Source: Candidatus Multivoradales bacterium (GTDB lineage: Bacteria; Acidobacteriota; Thermoanaerobaculia; Multivoradales; JAHEKO01). Taken from it: a DNA stretch of 64,000 nucleotides. The translations under genes were made by a program, and so were the position numbers. Numbering within the stretch: position 1 is the first letter of the stretch; each line of letters opens with the position of its first letter. Below the pieces are notes generated by a model that ran no database searches, was not told the origin of the DNA, and saw nothing but the letters and a program-made list of their open reading frames with translations. Below, in pieces: positions 18,648 to 28,338 of the stretch. The stretch covers positions 937,256 to 1,001,255 of the forward strand of contig CBDCXF010000001.1 in NCBI GenBank assembly GCA_965223755.1, read 5' to 3'.

Positions 18648-19670
18648 TCATCCCCGCGTGCGGGGATCGGCGGGCGGATTCTGGCGAAAACGGGCCCGGA
18701 GCTTTGCGGTCGCCGCCCTCGTTCGTCGCAACTTGAACAGCCGGCGCTGCTCCTCGGCTTCCTCAAAGGTGTCGATGTCCTTGGCGAAGGAAAGCGCATT
18801 GACCAGCGGAATGCGGCCGCGGCGCTCGGGATGCGCTTTGCGGTGGCGCCAGCGAATCAAGATGGCGCGAATGCGATCGGCGAGCTCCTCGGTCGTCATC
18901 TCGCCGCCGCGCAGCCGGAGCGCAAGGCGGATGCTCTGCCACAGAGTCGGCAACGTCGCCACCGGAGGGCGCAGGCGCGCCAGATGCCGCAGATCCTGCC
19001 CGATCAGGAACCCGGCCAGGTGCATTGTGCCGTAGAACAGCCGGTACATCACCGATCGGTTGCGCGTACGGTACAGCAGGTCGAAGGCACGGTACACCAG
19101 CGGCAGGCGAAAGACGGCTGCGTCGACGATCATCAAGTGGCTTGGAAGAACCGCTCTCGACGCTTCGGCTTCTGAGGGTCGCAAGGTGTACTTCGGTTTC
19201 CACGCCGACTCGCCGAGCTCTTCGTCGGCGGCCAGGACCAGCGGATACCAAAAGTCCATCGGCACGTGGGCCCGGTAATCCGCCATCAGGGCGTCGAGTT
19301 CGTCGAGATCGGGGATGATGTCGTAGGTCGTGATGGCGAGAGGTTTGCCCGGATGAATCTCCGCCATCGCCTCAAGCACCGTGCGCACGTTGGCTCCCAA
19401 ACTGCGGTCGGTGTCAATGACCTGGGCGCCTTCTCGATTTTCGCCATAGACTGTTTTGGGGCCGGCGATGTAAGCCGGGGCGAAATGCCCCGAGCCAAGC
19501 ATGCGTTCGAGGACATGATCGATGAGCGGCCGTCCTTCGACCTGGACCTCGACGCCCTTTTTGCCTTGAATGGCGTGTTGACCCGAGCCCTCGGGCAGCG
19601 CCGCTGGCCGTTCATCGCTGCCAGCGAGTACCACCAAAGGTAACGGATGAAAATCGGCGCTCATCGCCAT
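18648..19670 (-). CDS. nucleotidyltransferase family protein (MobA-like NTP-transferase domain)
   Basis: N-terminal LVVLAGSDERP…GKKGVEVQVEGRPLIDHVLERM resembles the MobA/GlmU-type NTP_transf_3 family. The C-terminal half is uncharacterised. Confidence 0.5.
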   Translation of the reverse strand: MAMSADFHPLPLVVLAGSDERPAALPEGSGQHAIQGKKGVEVQVEGRPLIDHVLERMLGSGHFAPAYIAGPKTVYGENREGAQVIDTDRSLGANVRTVLEAMAEIHPGKPLAITTYDIIPDLDELDALMADYRAHVPMDFWYPLVLAADEELGESAWKPKYTLRPSEAEASRAVLPSHLMIVDAAVFRLPLVYRAFDLLYRTRNRSVMYRLFYGTMHLAGFLIGQDLRHLARLRPPVATLPTLWQSIRLALRLRGGEMTTEELADRIRAILIRWRHRKAHPERRGRIPLVNALSFAKDIDTFEEAEEQRRLFKLRRTRAATAKLRARFRQNPPADPRTRG

Positions 19671-19816
19671 TGATCATATTGGCCGAAGGTGTAGATGCAA
19701 AACCCGGGAACCGAAACAGCCTACGCGGCGTTGTAGGGGGCAGAAAGAGCGAATTCCGGCCGCGGAGGCCGGAGTCAACAGCCGAAACCACAATAACCAA
19801 GGAGATTCTTCCAATC

Positions 19817-20710
19817 ATGCTGACCAAAGCGATTGTAAGCGCGGCGATCGCCCTCGCCCTCGCGGCCACCGGTGCTCACGCGGACGAGGATGCGGCGCGC
19901 AAAGAAGTCAAGACCAAGAAGATCGTGATCGAGTGCGACGGTGAAAAATGTGACGACGAAAACCACAAGGTCTTCATCCACGGCGGTGGACCACTGGAGT
20001 GGCTGGGAGAAGATTGTGAGGGCGACGACTGCGATATCGAAGTCCTCGTCAAGAAGATCCAAGATGGCTCTTTCGTCAAGGAGATCTGCGAAGACGGCGA
20101 CTGCGACAAGCACAAGATCTTCGCGTTCCATTCCGACCACAGCGCGCCGATAGCGTGGACTACCGATGAAGGTCATGGTTTCCACTTTGGTATGGGCCCG
20201 CGCACCTACCTCGGCGTGCAATTCGTGCCCCTAACTTCCGAGCTTGCAGACCACTTCGGCGCCGCCTCCGATTCCGCGGTGATGGTTTCCAAGGTTGTCG
20301 ACGGCAGTCCCGCCGATCGCGCTGGCGTGCTGGTCGGCGACCTCATCACCTCGATCGACGGCGAGTCACTAGAAGACACGGGACTAGCTCGAGCGATTCG
20401 CGGTCGCGACGACGGCGACACGATCAGCCTCGGTGTCCTACGCAACAACCGCGAAGTGCTTCTCGACGCCACCCTCGAAACCCGTGAAAGCGACTTCAAA
20501 GCACTCACGATTCCCCATGGAGCCAAGCACATCGAAATCCACAAAATGAAGGGCGGCGAAGGGCCCCACAAGATGCGCTTTCTCAACACCGACGAACTTT
20601 GCGACGGTCTGGAGGAATGCGAAGTGCAGATTCGCTGTGAAGGCGACGACAAGGCCGACTGCAGTTGCGAGGTCAACGGCGAATCGGTCGATTGCCCGGA
20701 ACTCGAATAG
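19817..20710 (+). CDS. secreted PDZ-domain protein with four acidic Cys-x-Gly/Asp-x-x-Cys motifs
   Basis: ATG at 19817 with an AAGGAG RBS. Signal peptide MLTKAIVSAAIALALAATGAHA. Central PDZ domain (GVLVGDLITSIDGESL). Cys motifs CDGEKCD, CEGDDCD, CEDGDCD and CDGLEECE, plus a Cys-rich C-terminus. Confidence 0.6.
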   Translation: MLTKAIVSAAIALALAATGAHADEDAARKEVKTKKIVIECDGEKCDDENHKVFIHGGGPLEWLGEDCEGDDCDIEVLVKKIQDGSFVKEICEDGDCDKHKIFAFHSDHSAPIAWTTDEGHGFHFGMGPRTYLGVQFVPLTSELADHFGAASDSAVMVSKVVDGSPADRAGVLVGDLITSIDGESLEDTGLARAIRGRDDGDTISLGVLRNNREVLLDATLETRESDFKALTIPHGAKHIEIHKMKGGEGPHKMRFLNTDELCDGLEECEVQIRCEGDDKADCSCEVNGESVDCPELE

Positions 20711-20916
20711 AGCGGAAACGGCGATTGCAAGACATCACGGCACCGCGTTGAAACCAATCGCCGGCGTTTTCGTAATGTGACCTAGTGACCGCTGACACCT
20801 AAAAGGAACGCCACTCCTTTTTTGTAGCGAGCGGGGGCTCTTCGGGGCTCCCGCTCTCCTTATTTGGGGGCGGAGACGGCCTGCCTCATGCCGCGGGCGA
20901 TACACCTACCCCCGTT

Positions 20917-21033
20917 ACCGGTCACTCGTCACTGGTCACTCGTCACTGGTCACTCGTCACTGGTCACTCGTCACTGGTCATCCGTCACTGGTCACTCGTA
21001 CCTGGCCACTGCTCACTGGCCCCTGGCCACCCC
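20917..21033. repeat. tandem 14-bp array of alternating heptamers (GGTCACT CGTCACT)
   Basis: About eight 14-bp units, degenerating at the end (ggccact gctcact ggcccct). Confidence 0.85.
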
Positions 21034-21771
21034 TCAGGCCTCCTCGAACGGGCGATGCAGTTCCACCGGCTTCCCACCGCGCAAACGCAGATTCAACATC
21101 TCAACAAAGATCGAAAACGCCATTGCGAAGTAGATGTAGCCTTTGGGAATGTGCAACTCCCAGCCCTCGGCGACCAACGTCATCCCCACCAGCAGCAGGA
21201 ACGAGAGCGCGAGGATCTTGAGCGACGGATGCTGGTCGATGAACCTGGAGATGGAACTCGCCGACAGCATCATGACGCCGACCGCAATAACAATCGCCGC
21301 GACCATGACCCATATCTCATCGGCGAGACCGACCGCAGTAATCACAGAGTCCAACGAAAAGACGATGTCGAGAACCATGACTTGAACGATGACTCCGGCA
21401 AAGGACGCCGCGGCGCGCTTGTCTAGGTCACCGTGCTGACCTTCGAGGCTGTGATGGATCTCCAACGTGCTCTTGCCGAGCAAGAAGAGTCCTCCGCCAA
21501 TCAAGATCAAGTCACGTCCCGAGAATTCGAATCTAAACACCTCAAAGAGCGGTTCCGTCAGACCCATAACCCAGGTGATCGACAGCAGCAGCAGAATGCG
21601 CATGATCATTGCTGCAGCAAGCCCAAGAAAACGAGCGCGTGCTTGCTGCGATTCCGGAAGCCTGCCCACGAGAACGGCGATGAAAACGATGTTGTCAATG
21701 CCCAGGACGATCTCGATCGCCGTCAACGTAACCAATGCGATCCAGATTTCGGGGTTTGTCAGCCATTCCAT
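21034..21771 (-). CDS. TerC family integral membrane protein
   Basis: GIDNIVFIAVL and seven TM helices. 245 aa. Confidence 0.85.
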   Translation of the reverse strand: MEWLTNPEIWIALVTLTAIEIVLGIDNIVFIAVLVGRLPESQQARARFLGLAAAMIMRILLLLSITWVMGLTEPLFEVFRFEFSGRDLILIGGGLFLLGKSTLEIHHSLEGQHGDLDKRAAASFAGVIVQVMVLDIVFSLDSVITAVGLADEIWVMVAAIVIAVGVMMLSASSISRFIDQHPSLKILALSFLLLVGMTLVAEGWELHIPKGYIYFAMAFSIFVEMLNLRLRGGKPVELHRPFEEA

Positions 21772-21930
21772 GGTCGTTCCTCCGATGCGAAGTCTACCCG
21801 GTCTCCTTGCCCTTTCCCGCCGGTCTCAGAGACGAAGGAAGGCCTTCGCTGCGTCCCCCACCCCACTCCCACCCATCCGAAGTGCAGGCTGTTGGGATGA
21901 CGAAAAGAGGAGGAGTCGGGAAAAAGAAAA

Positions 21931-24900
21931 AGGCCGCTCCGAAAAGGAGCGGCCCATTTGAAAGAAAGCCTCTAGCTCTGGCTAGCTAGCTTGAGAAGGT
22001 GCCCTAGCGCACCTCCACCGCCGGGTCACCGAGCAAGTTGTAGATCTTGAGCATGAAGTCGAAGACCTCACCATTGGACTGATCCAAGGTAGTCTTCACG
22101 GCTTCACCCAGTTCCACCGGACCGTGGCCAAATGCCGCGTCCAGCAGCTTCTGGTTCATCACATGCGCCGGATGGCTGTAGGAAAGGCCCGAGGGAGACC
22201 ACAGCCCAATTGCTCCACCCGTCGGCTCCATCACCAATTGCTCACCCAAGGTCGTCAACGACGGCCACGAGAAGTTCCCAACCACGCAGGTCAGCGAAGC
22301 CACGATCGGCAGACGGTCTCCGTTGCCAAAGCCAGGCACATCGGTCGACATCACCATGCCCTCCGAGGCAAAGCGGTCGATCCCGCCGTGACCCTGGAAG
22401 TTCACCCAAGACGCACCCACATACCACTCGGTACTGATCTGGCTGCGAGCCGTGGCCGTGTCCAGATCGCCCAAGGAGATGTGCGAGGTCGTCTTGATCC
22501 CGGATAGCTGATCCACCAAGACATCGGTGTCCATCGGGTAGATACCGGCCTGGTCGGCGTTGTCCGAAAGGAAGATGGCGCTCGATTCCCAAGCACCACC
22601 GCCGTTCTCATAGGCGATCAGCTTGTCAACGTAACTCTGAGCTTCAAGCCCCGTCTCAGCCGGAATGCGGCTGAAGATCACCTCGGGCGATCCGTTGCCG
22701 GTGACATCACCCAGGCCGATGTCCGAGGCCGCAAGGCCATTCGGCGTCGGCACGAAGCGCGCCGGAATGAGGTGGTCGGTGCGACCCGTGTAGTTCTTCG
22801 GATCGTGAGAACCCGTGCCCATCAGCACCACGTACTTGAGCTTCTCGCTCCAGCCGCTGTAGCCGTGCTCGGCCAGGGAAGCCAGACTCTCGACATCCGA
22901 GAGACCGAAGGCAAACTCGTCATAAACCTCTTCCAGGTCCACCACCATGGTCGAGTACTTCGAAGAGCGCAGGTTGGCCAGAGCCTCGGCCGCAGAGCGC
23001 GTCTCCGGCGTCGCCACCACCACGTACTCAGCACCGTCCGAGGTCTTGATCTTGGAAGGCGCGTCGGTACGCAGGTCGGACAAACGCTTCGCTGACGAAA
23101 CCGTAGACAGATCGTAGGTCGCCCCAGCCACCGTCGGCACCGTCACCGAGAAGCTGCCGTCAGCTTCTTCGGTGATCCTCGTCTTGCCCAAGTGGACCAG
23201 GTCGCCACCGTCGGAAGCAAAGGCCTCCACAGCACCCGCACTGAAGCCCTCCACCGTCGCCACGCCGTCGGCAAGAGCCGTGAAGCGCAAGCGATCGCCG
23301 ATCGCCCGCAGCGCCCGCGGATAACTGAGCGTAAAGCCGTCCACGTACACCACCGAGCCCGAGCTGCCCTCAAACACCAACTCAATGGTGTTGGCGTTGC
23401 TCAGCAAGGAGGAGTCGAAAGTGAAGCTGCCCACAAACATCTCGCGGTCCAACCACGAAGCTGTACCCACCTGCGTGCCGTTCACCTTGACACCCATCCG
23501 ATGACCGCCGCTCGGAGTAAACGTCGCACCCTGGAGGCGCACCTCCAGAGAGGCCGTACCCGAAGCCGGATCATTGGCCGCGATGGCAAAGCTCTGGGTC
23601 GCCGCGCCGCTCCAGGAGATCGACCAGCGCCAGTAGTCCGCATTGGGGTCGTCCTCGAGCCACAGCATCCCGTACACCTGCTCCTCGGCCTCGGAGGTCT
23701 CACTGTAGAGACCGCCGTAAAAAGGCGCGGGAGCGGCGCCGCTCTTGAGCGAGCCGGCAAGCTTCCCTTCACCGCGGCCGATCCAGTAGACGTTCTCATC
23801 GGTCGTGGCAAGGTCAATCGCCTCGCCTTCGAAGTAGAGGCCTGCTCCACCCTTCGGCGCCCACCAACCGATGGCGTTGCCGCGGTTAGTTACCATCACC
23901 GCATTGTCGCGGATCGACTTTTGGGTGTCGCTCTCACTGATACCCCAGGCCGTAGCAAGTTCTTGCGCGGAGACATACACCACCCCATCCTCGGTCACCG
24001 TACCCTTGGCCCAAGAGGTGCTAGCACCTCGACCGCGGGGACGGCCGTTGCGGCTCGGAGCCGCCGAGGAAACCGCACCGCGAGCACTCGGACCCGCAGC
24101 CGCTCGGACCGAGCCAGCTGACTTGGAGCCAGTTGACTTGGAGCCAGCTAACTTGGAGCCAGTTGACTTGCGGGCAGCCTGGCGCGCCTGGTAGCGCTCC
24201 GCCGGCGAAGCATCCCAAGCCTCACCGCTTGCCGTGAACGGGCCGTGCACGATCTCTTGACCCAGAACTCCGATCTCAACCACCACGTAGCGATCCCCTG
24301 GCTTGCCGGCAGGATCGAGAATCTCGTAAGTCGTACCCGCGCCAGCGCCAGGATCAGCCATCACCAGCTCGCTGTTGACCAAACTGTATTCCTTGGTTGA
24401 GCTGTCCCAGCGGTAGACGTCATAGGCCATCACTGCAGCCTCTGAAGCCGTGCGGAAGCTCACCTTGCCGCCCTGGGCACGCACACCCACCACCGTCGCC
24501 GGGTTGGGAGTAATCGTGAAGCCGGCATCCACATCCGTCACTTGATCCCCACTCTCGAGCACGAACACGTTGGTCAAGAATTCGCCATCCGCCTCGCCGT
24601 CGATCGCTGCATCATCAACGTAGACATCGCTGTCATTGGCGATGTCCTGGCTGGTGTCCGTGGGGTCCGGATCACCCACATCCTGAGCCGTTGCCGTCGC
24701 CGTGTCATAGGAACCCGAAGTCGGATCGATGCCCACGATGTAGTTGCCGGGAGGCAGCGGTTGCTCACCGTCCACCAAGGTAAACAAGTAGGCACCTCCG
24801 ACCGTCGTCTGCTGATCCACAAAGGTCAGTTCGTCAGGATCAACCGTGCCGTCATTGTCGGTGTCATCCCAGCGATACAGCGTCGCCACTCCATCAACCG

Positions 24901-27900
24901 TGCCGTCGCCCGCGTCCTGCGTCCCGTTGACCGGATCGTCGGCAAACAACTCACCGGCAATCGACGTTGGACGGTAGAAACCGGCGTCGATCGAAAAGTC
25001 GGAAACTCCCTGAGTCAGCAGTACGTCGACATCGGTCTCTCCAGAGCCGGAGCGAGAAGCATCGTTGTCACCACCACCACCCTCAGGGTCAAACACCGAA
25101 CCGTCTCCGTCACCATCCGGGCCGGTTTCGTTGTCGACCACTGTCGCCTCCCAAGTGTCGGCCAGACCGGAAGTGTCAAAGGTGATCGTGTAAGGCGTCG
25201 TGCTGAACGGCACATTGTTGAAGATGTACGAACCGGCAGGATCGATCGTCCCGTCACCGTCCACATCAGTCGTACCGTCCGAAGTCGTCGTCGTCAGACT
25301 CACAGCGTTGCCAAAAAGGTCCGTGCCCGTGAGCGTTACGACTACGCCCGCGATCCCAGGCTCGCCGGCATCCTGGATACCGTCACCGTCCACGTCCTCC
25401 CACACGAAGTCGCCAAGCTGCGCCACGGATTGAACGCCGAAGTCGTTGGTGTCGTCGGTCGTTCCCTGCTCGGGGTAGGCCGAAGTCCCGGACACCATGT
25501 CGGCATCGCCGTCGACTCCCGATCCTTGAGTCTCGCTGCTGTCAGCAGTCGCCCCAGAACCATCTTCGGTCGAGGCGTAGCCGATAAGGGCGTCCTGGGT
25601 CATGTCAACCGAGACGGTGTAGGTCGGCTCAGTCGAACCATCTCCGGTGTTGCCGTTGTAGTCCTCGTCAGCCAGTAGATTGTCGAAGCTATAAACCCCG
25701 TTTGCATCTGTAACCGTCACAAGCGTGACCGTTGAACCATCCGGATAAGAGATCGTCATCTCAACGGTGACCCCGGAAATTCCCGGCTCGCCCGTATCTT
25801 GAACGCCGTCACCGTCGTAGTCGTAGAAAACTGTGTCCCCGACCGAGCCCGGATCCACGTAGTAGCCGAAGTCGCCGGTCGAGTCCGTCGTACCGCCTGA
25901 AACGTTGATCAGGTACGGATCGTCCTGACTGTTGTTGTCGGCGCCATCATTGGGGCCGTCCGAGTGCCACATACCACCCAGTACGTTGTTCTCATCGGTG
26001 ACATCGATGGCGTAGGTGCCGTCCGGCAGACCTTCAAATGAGTAGTCCCCGTTGGCGTCGGTGGTCGTCGTGCCAACCAGATCACCCAATAGGGTGCCGT
26101 CGTCGCTGCCGTCGATCGCACCGTCGCCGTTGTAGTCAACTTGCCCGTCGATGATGTCGTAGCCGTTGATCGAGCCGTCGTCGTTGGCGTCGATCACGCC
26201 GTCGCCGTTGACGTCGAAGGCGCCGTCGATCACCGCGATGCCACCAAAGGTGCCGTCGTCGTTGCCGTCCACCACCCCGTCGCCGTTGACATCGACTCCG
26301 CCGTCAATGATGCCCGCGGCCTCGTAGAGATCCACCGTCACGCCCTCAAGGCCGGCGCCGGTCTCGTCCAGAGTGCCGTTGCCGTCGGTGTCTTCCCACA
26401 CCGTGCCACCGATGGTGTTGGGCGTCGAGGCGACGTAGCCGAAGTCCTGATCGAGATCGATGCCGCCCGAAGCCCCCAGATCCACAGCAGAAGTCGAATC
26501 CCCGCCGCCGTCCGGATCGTCGGTGTTGGTCAGACCCGTCCCGCCGTTGGGAAGCGTCGACGTCTCGATCTCCACAATGTAGTGAGCATTCGGATCGAGA
26601 CCACCAAAATAGTAGCTGCCGTTTTCGTTCGTCGTCGCGGTCGCGATGATCGGCTCGCCAGGGTCCAAAACGCCGTCACCGTCCAGGTCATCGTAGAGAT
26701 TCACGGTGACCCCCTCGAGCCCGGCCTCGTCCGCGTCCTGCGTACCATCCCCGTCAGCGTCGAGATAGATGTTGTCGCCGATCAAACCGGTATCGCTGTT
26801 CTGGCCCGGCGGCGTGTAGCCGAAGTCCAAATCGGTGACATCCGTGCCCCCGACCGTGACCGAAGTCTGGTCATCGAGAACCGCATCGGGATCGCCGCTT
26901 TGGCTCAATCCCTCGAGGACATTGGCGGTGTCGCCCACCACCACGTTGTAGTCACCCGCAGGTACATCGGTGAAGGTGTAGTCGCCGTTTTCATCAGTTG
27001 TAGTTGTGGCAACAATGATCCCCAGCGTGCCGTCGTCCGTCGCATCGATGACGCCGTCGCCATTGATGTCGACTTCACCGTCGATCACCGTCACCCCGCC
27101 GACGCTGCCGTCATCATTGCCGTCGATGACGCCATCGCCGTTGACATCGAGCTGGCCGTCGATGACATTGATGCCATCGACCGTCCCGTCGTCGTTGCCG
27201 TCGATAACGCCGTCGCCGTTGACGTCGATTTGGCCGTCGATGATGTCGTAGGTCTCGACCAAGTTGACCGTGACCCCCTCAATGCCATCGTCGGAACCGG
27301 TACCGATGTCGTTGGCACCGTTGCCGTCGGCATCCAGATACACCGTTCCGGAAACATCCGCCAAACTGGTGTTCTGGTAGCCGAAGTCGGTGTTGACAAC
27401 CACATCACCAGGAGCCAAAACGATCGGTGAAGTTGTGGTGCCGTCGTTGGCCGCCGCACTGGTGTCGGTCGAACCGAAGTGATCGGGGTCACCGGTCTGG
27501 GTGTACCCGGTCAGCACGTTGTTGTCGTCCGTCACCGTCAAGGTGTACACCCCTGGATCGAGGTCGTCAAAAGCGTAGTTGCCGGTGCTATCCGTGGTAG
27601 TCGTCGCAATCGGAATCTCAGCCGTACCGTCGTCGCTGCCGTCGATGACTCCGTCACCGTTGACATCCAACTGGCCGTCGATCACCGTCACCCCATTGAG
27701 CGTGCCGTCATCGGCCGCCGTAATCGAACCGTCGCCATCGAGGTCGATTTGACCGTTGATGATGTCGAGCGGGTCACCGTTGTCGTCGAGCACCGTGCCG
27801 CTGTCGCTGGCGTCGATGACGCCGTCGCCGTTGAGGTCGATCGCACCGTCGATGACGGTCTCCACCTCGGCCAGCAAGACCGTGACCCCTTCAATGCCCA

Positions 27901-28338
27901 ACTCACCTTCGTCCTGGATGCCGTCGCCGTCGGCGTCGTTCCAGATCCGGTCGCCGATCGCGCCGGTGCCGGTGTTGGTGTCGGTCTCATCGGTAGTTGA
28001 GTAGTTGTAGCCAAAGTCGACAATGTCGATGTCCTCGCCGGCATTGAGAGTGATCGTGGACTGGCTGTCCAAGGTCGAATCCGGATCGCCGGTCTGGTTG
28101 GTGAGACCCGTCGGCAGGGTGCTGGTGTCGACCGCCACCGTGTAGTCGCCAGGAGGCACATCGTCAAAGATGTAGTCGCCATTGGCATCCGACGTCGTGG
28201 TCGCGATCGCGGTTGTCGCATCGCAAGGCGAAACACCGGCCTCACAGAGGTATACCGTGACATTGGCAATGCCGTCTTCACCGGCATCCTGAATACCATC
28301 GCCGTCCTCATCCAACCAGATCGAGTCGCCGATCGAGC
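21931..28338. repeat. 6.4-kb direct repeat, copy 1 (shared 3' cassette plus terminator)
   Basis: Near-identical to 33233-39640 at a constant offset of 11,302 nt. The six-frame ORF sets are duplicated with single-residue differences. About 9 aa substitutions across 2,111 shared codons. Confidence 0.9.
21932..21954 (-). terminator. rho-independent terminator of giant gene 1
   Basis: ggccgctcc-gaaaa-ggagcggcc. On the minus-strand transcript it is followed by UUUUUCUUUUUCCC. Duplicated at 33234-33256. Confidence 0.65.

Noticed and set aside
18427-19035. 202-aa ORF beginning MVSGQWSVVSGQW…
   Set aside because: It is a translation of the GGTCAGT heptamer array and MITE element. It has no RBS and overlaps the convergent NTP-transferase gene.
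21772-21930. A yybP-ykoY (Mn) riboswitch expected in the terC leader
   Set aside because: I could not recognise the conserved GGGGAGUAG or CAUA boxes by eye in the reverse-complemented leader. I am leaving it unannotated. An Rfam RF00080 scan would settle it.
24542-25678. Long antisense or alternative-frame ORFs inside the giant genes (for example 24542-25678, 26141-27430, 35844-36980, 37443-38732, and many more)
   Set aside because: These are high-GC artefacts: Arg/Val/Ala/Asp-rich low-complexity translations opposite a strongly supported coding frame. They are duplicated only because the underlying DNA is duplicated.
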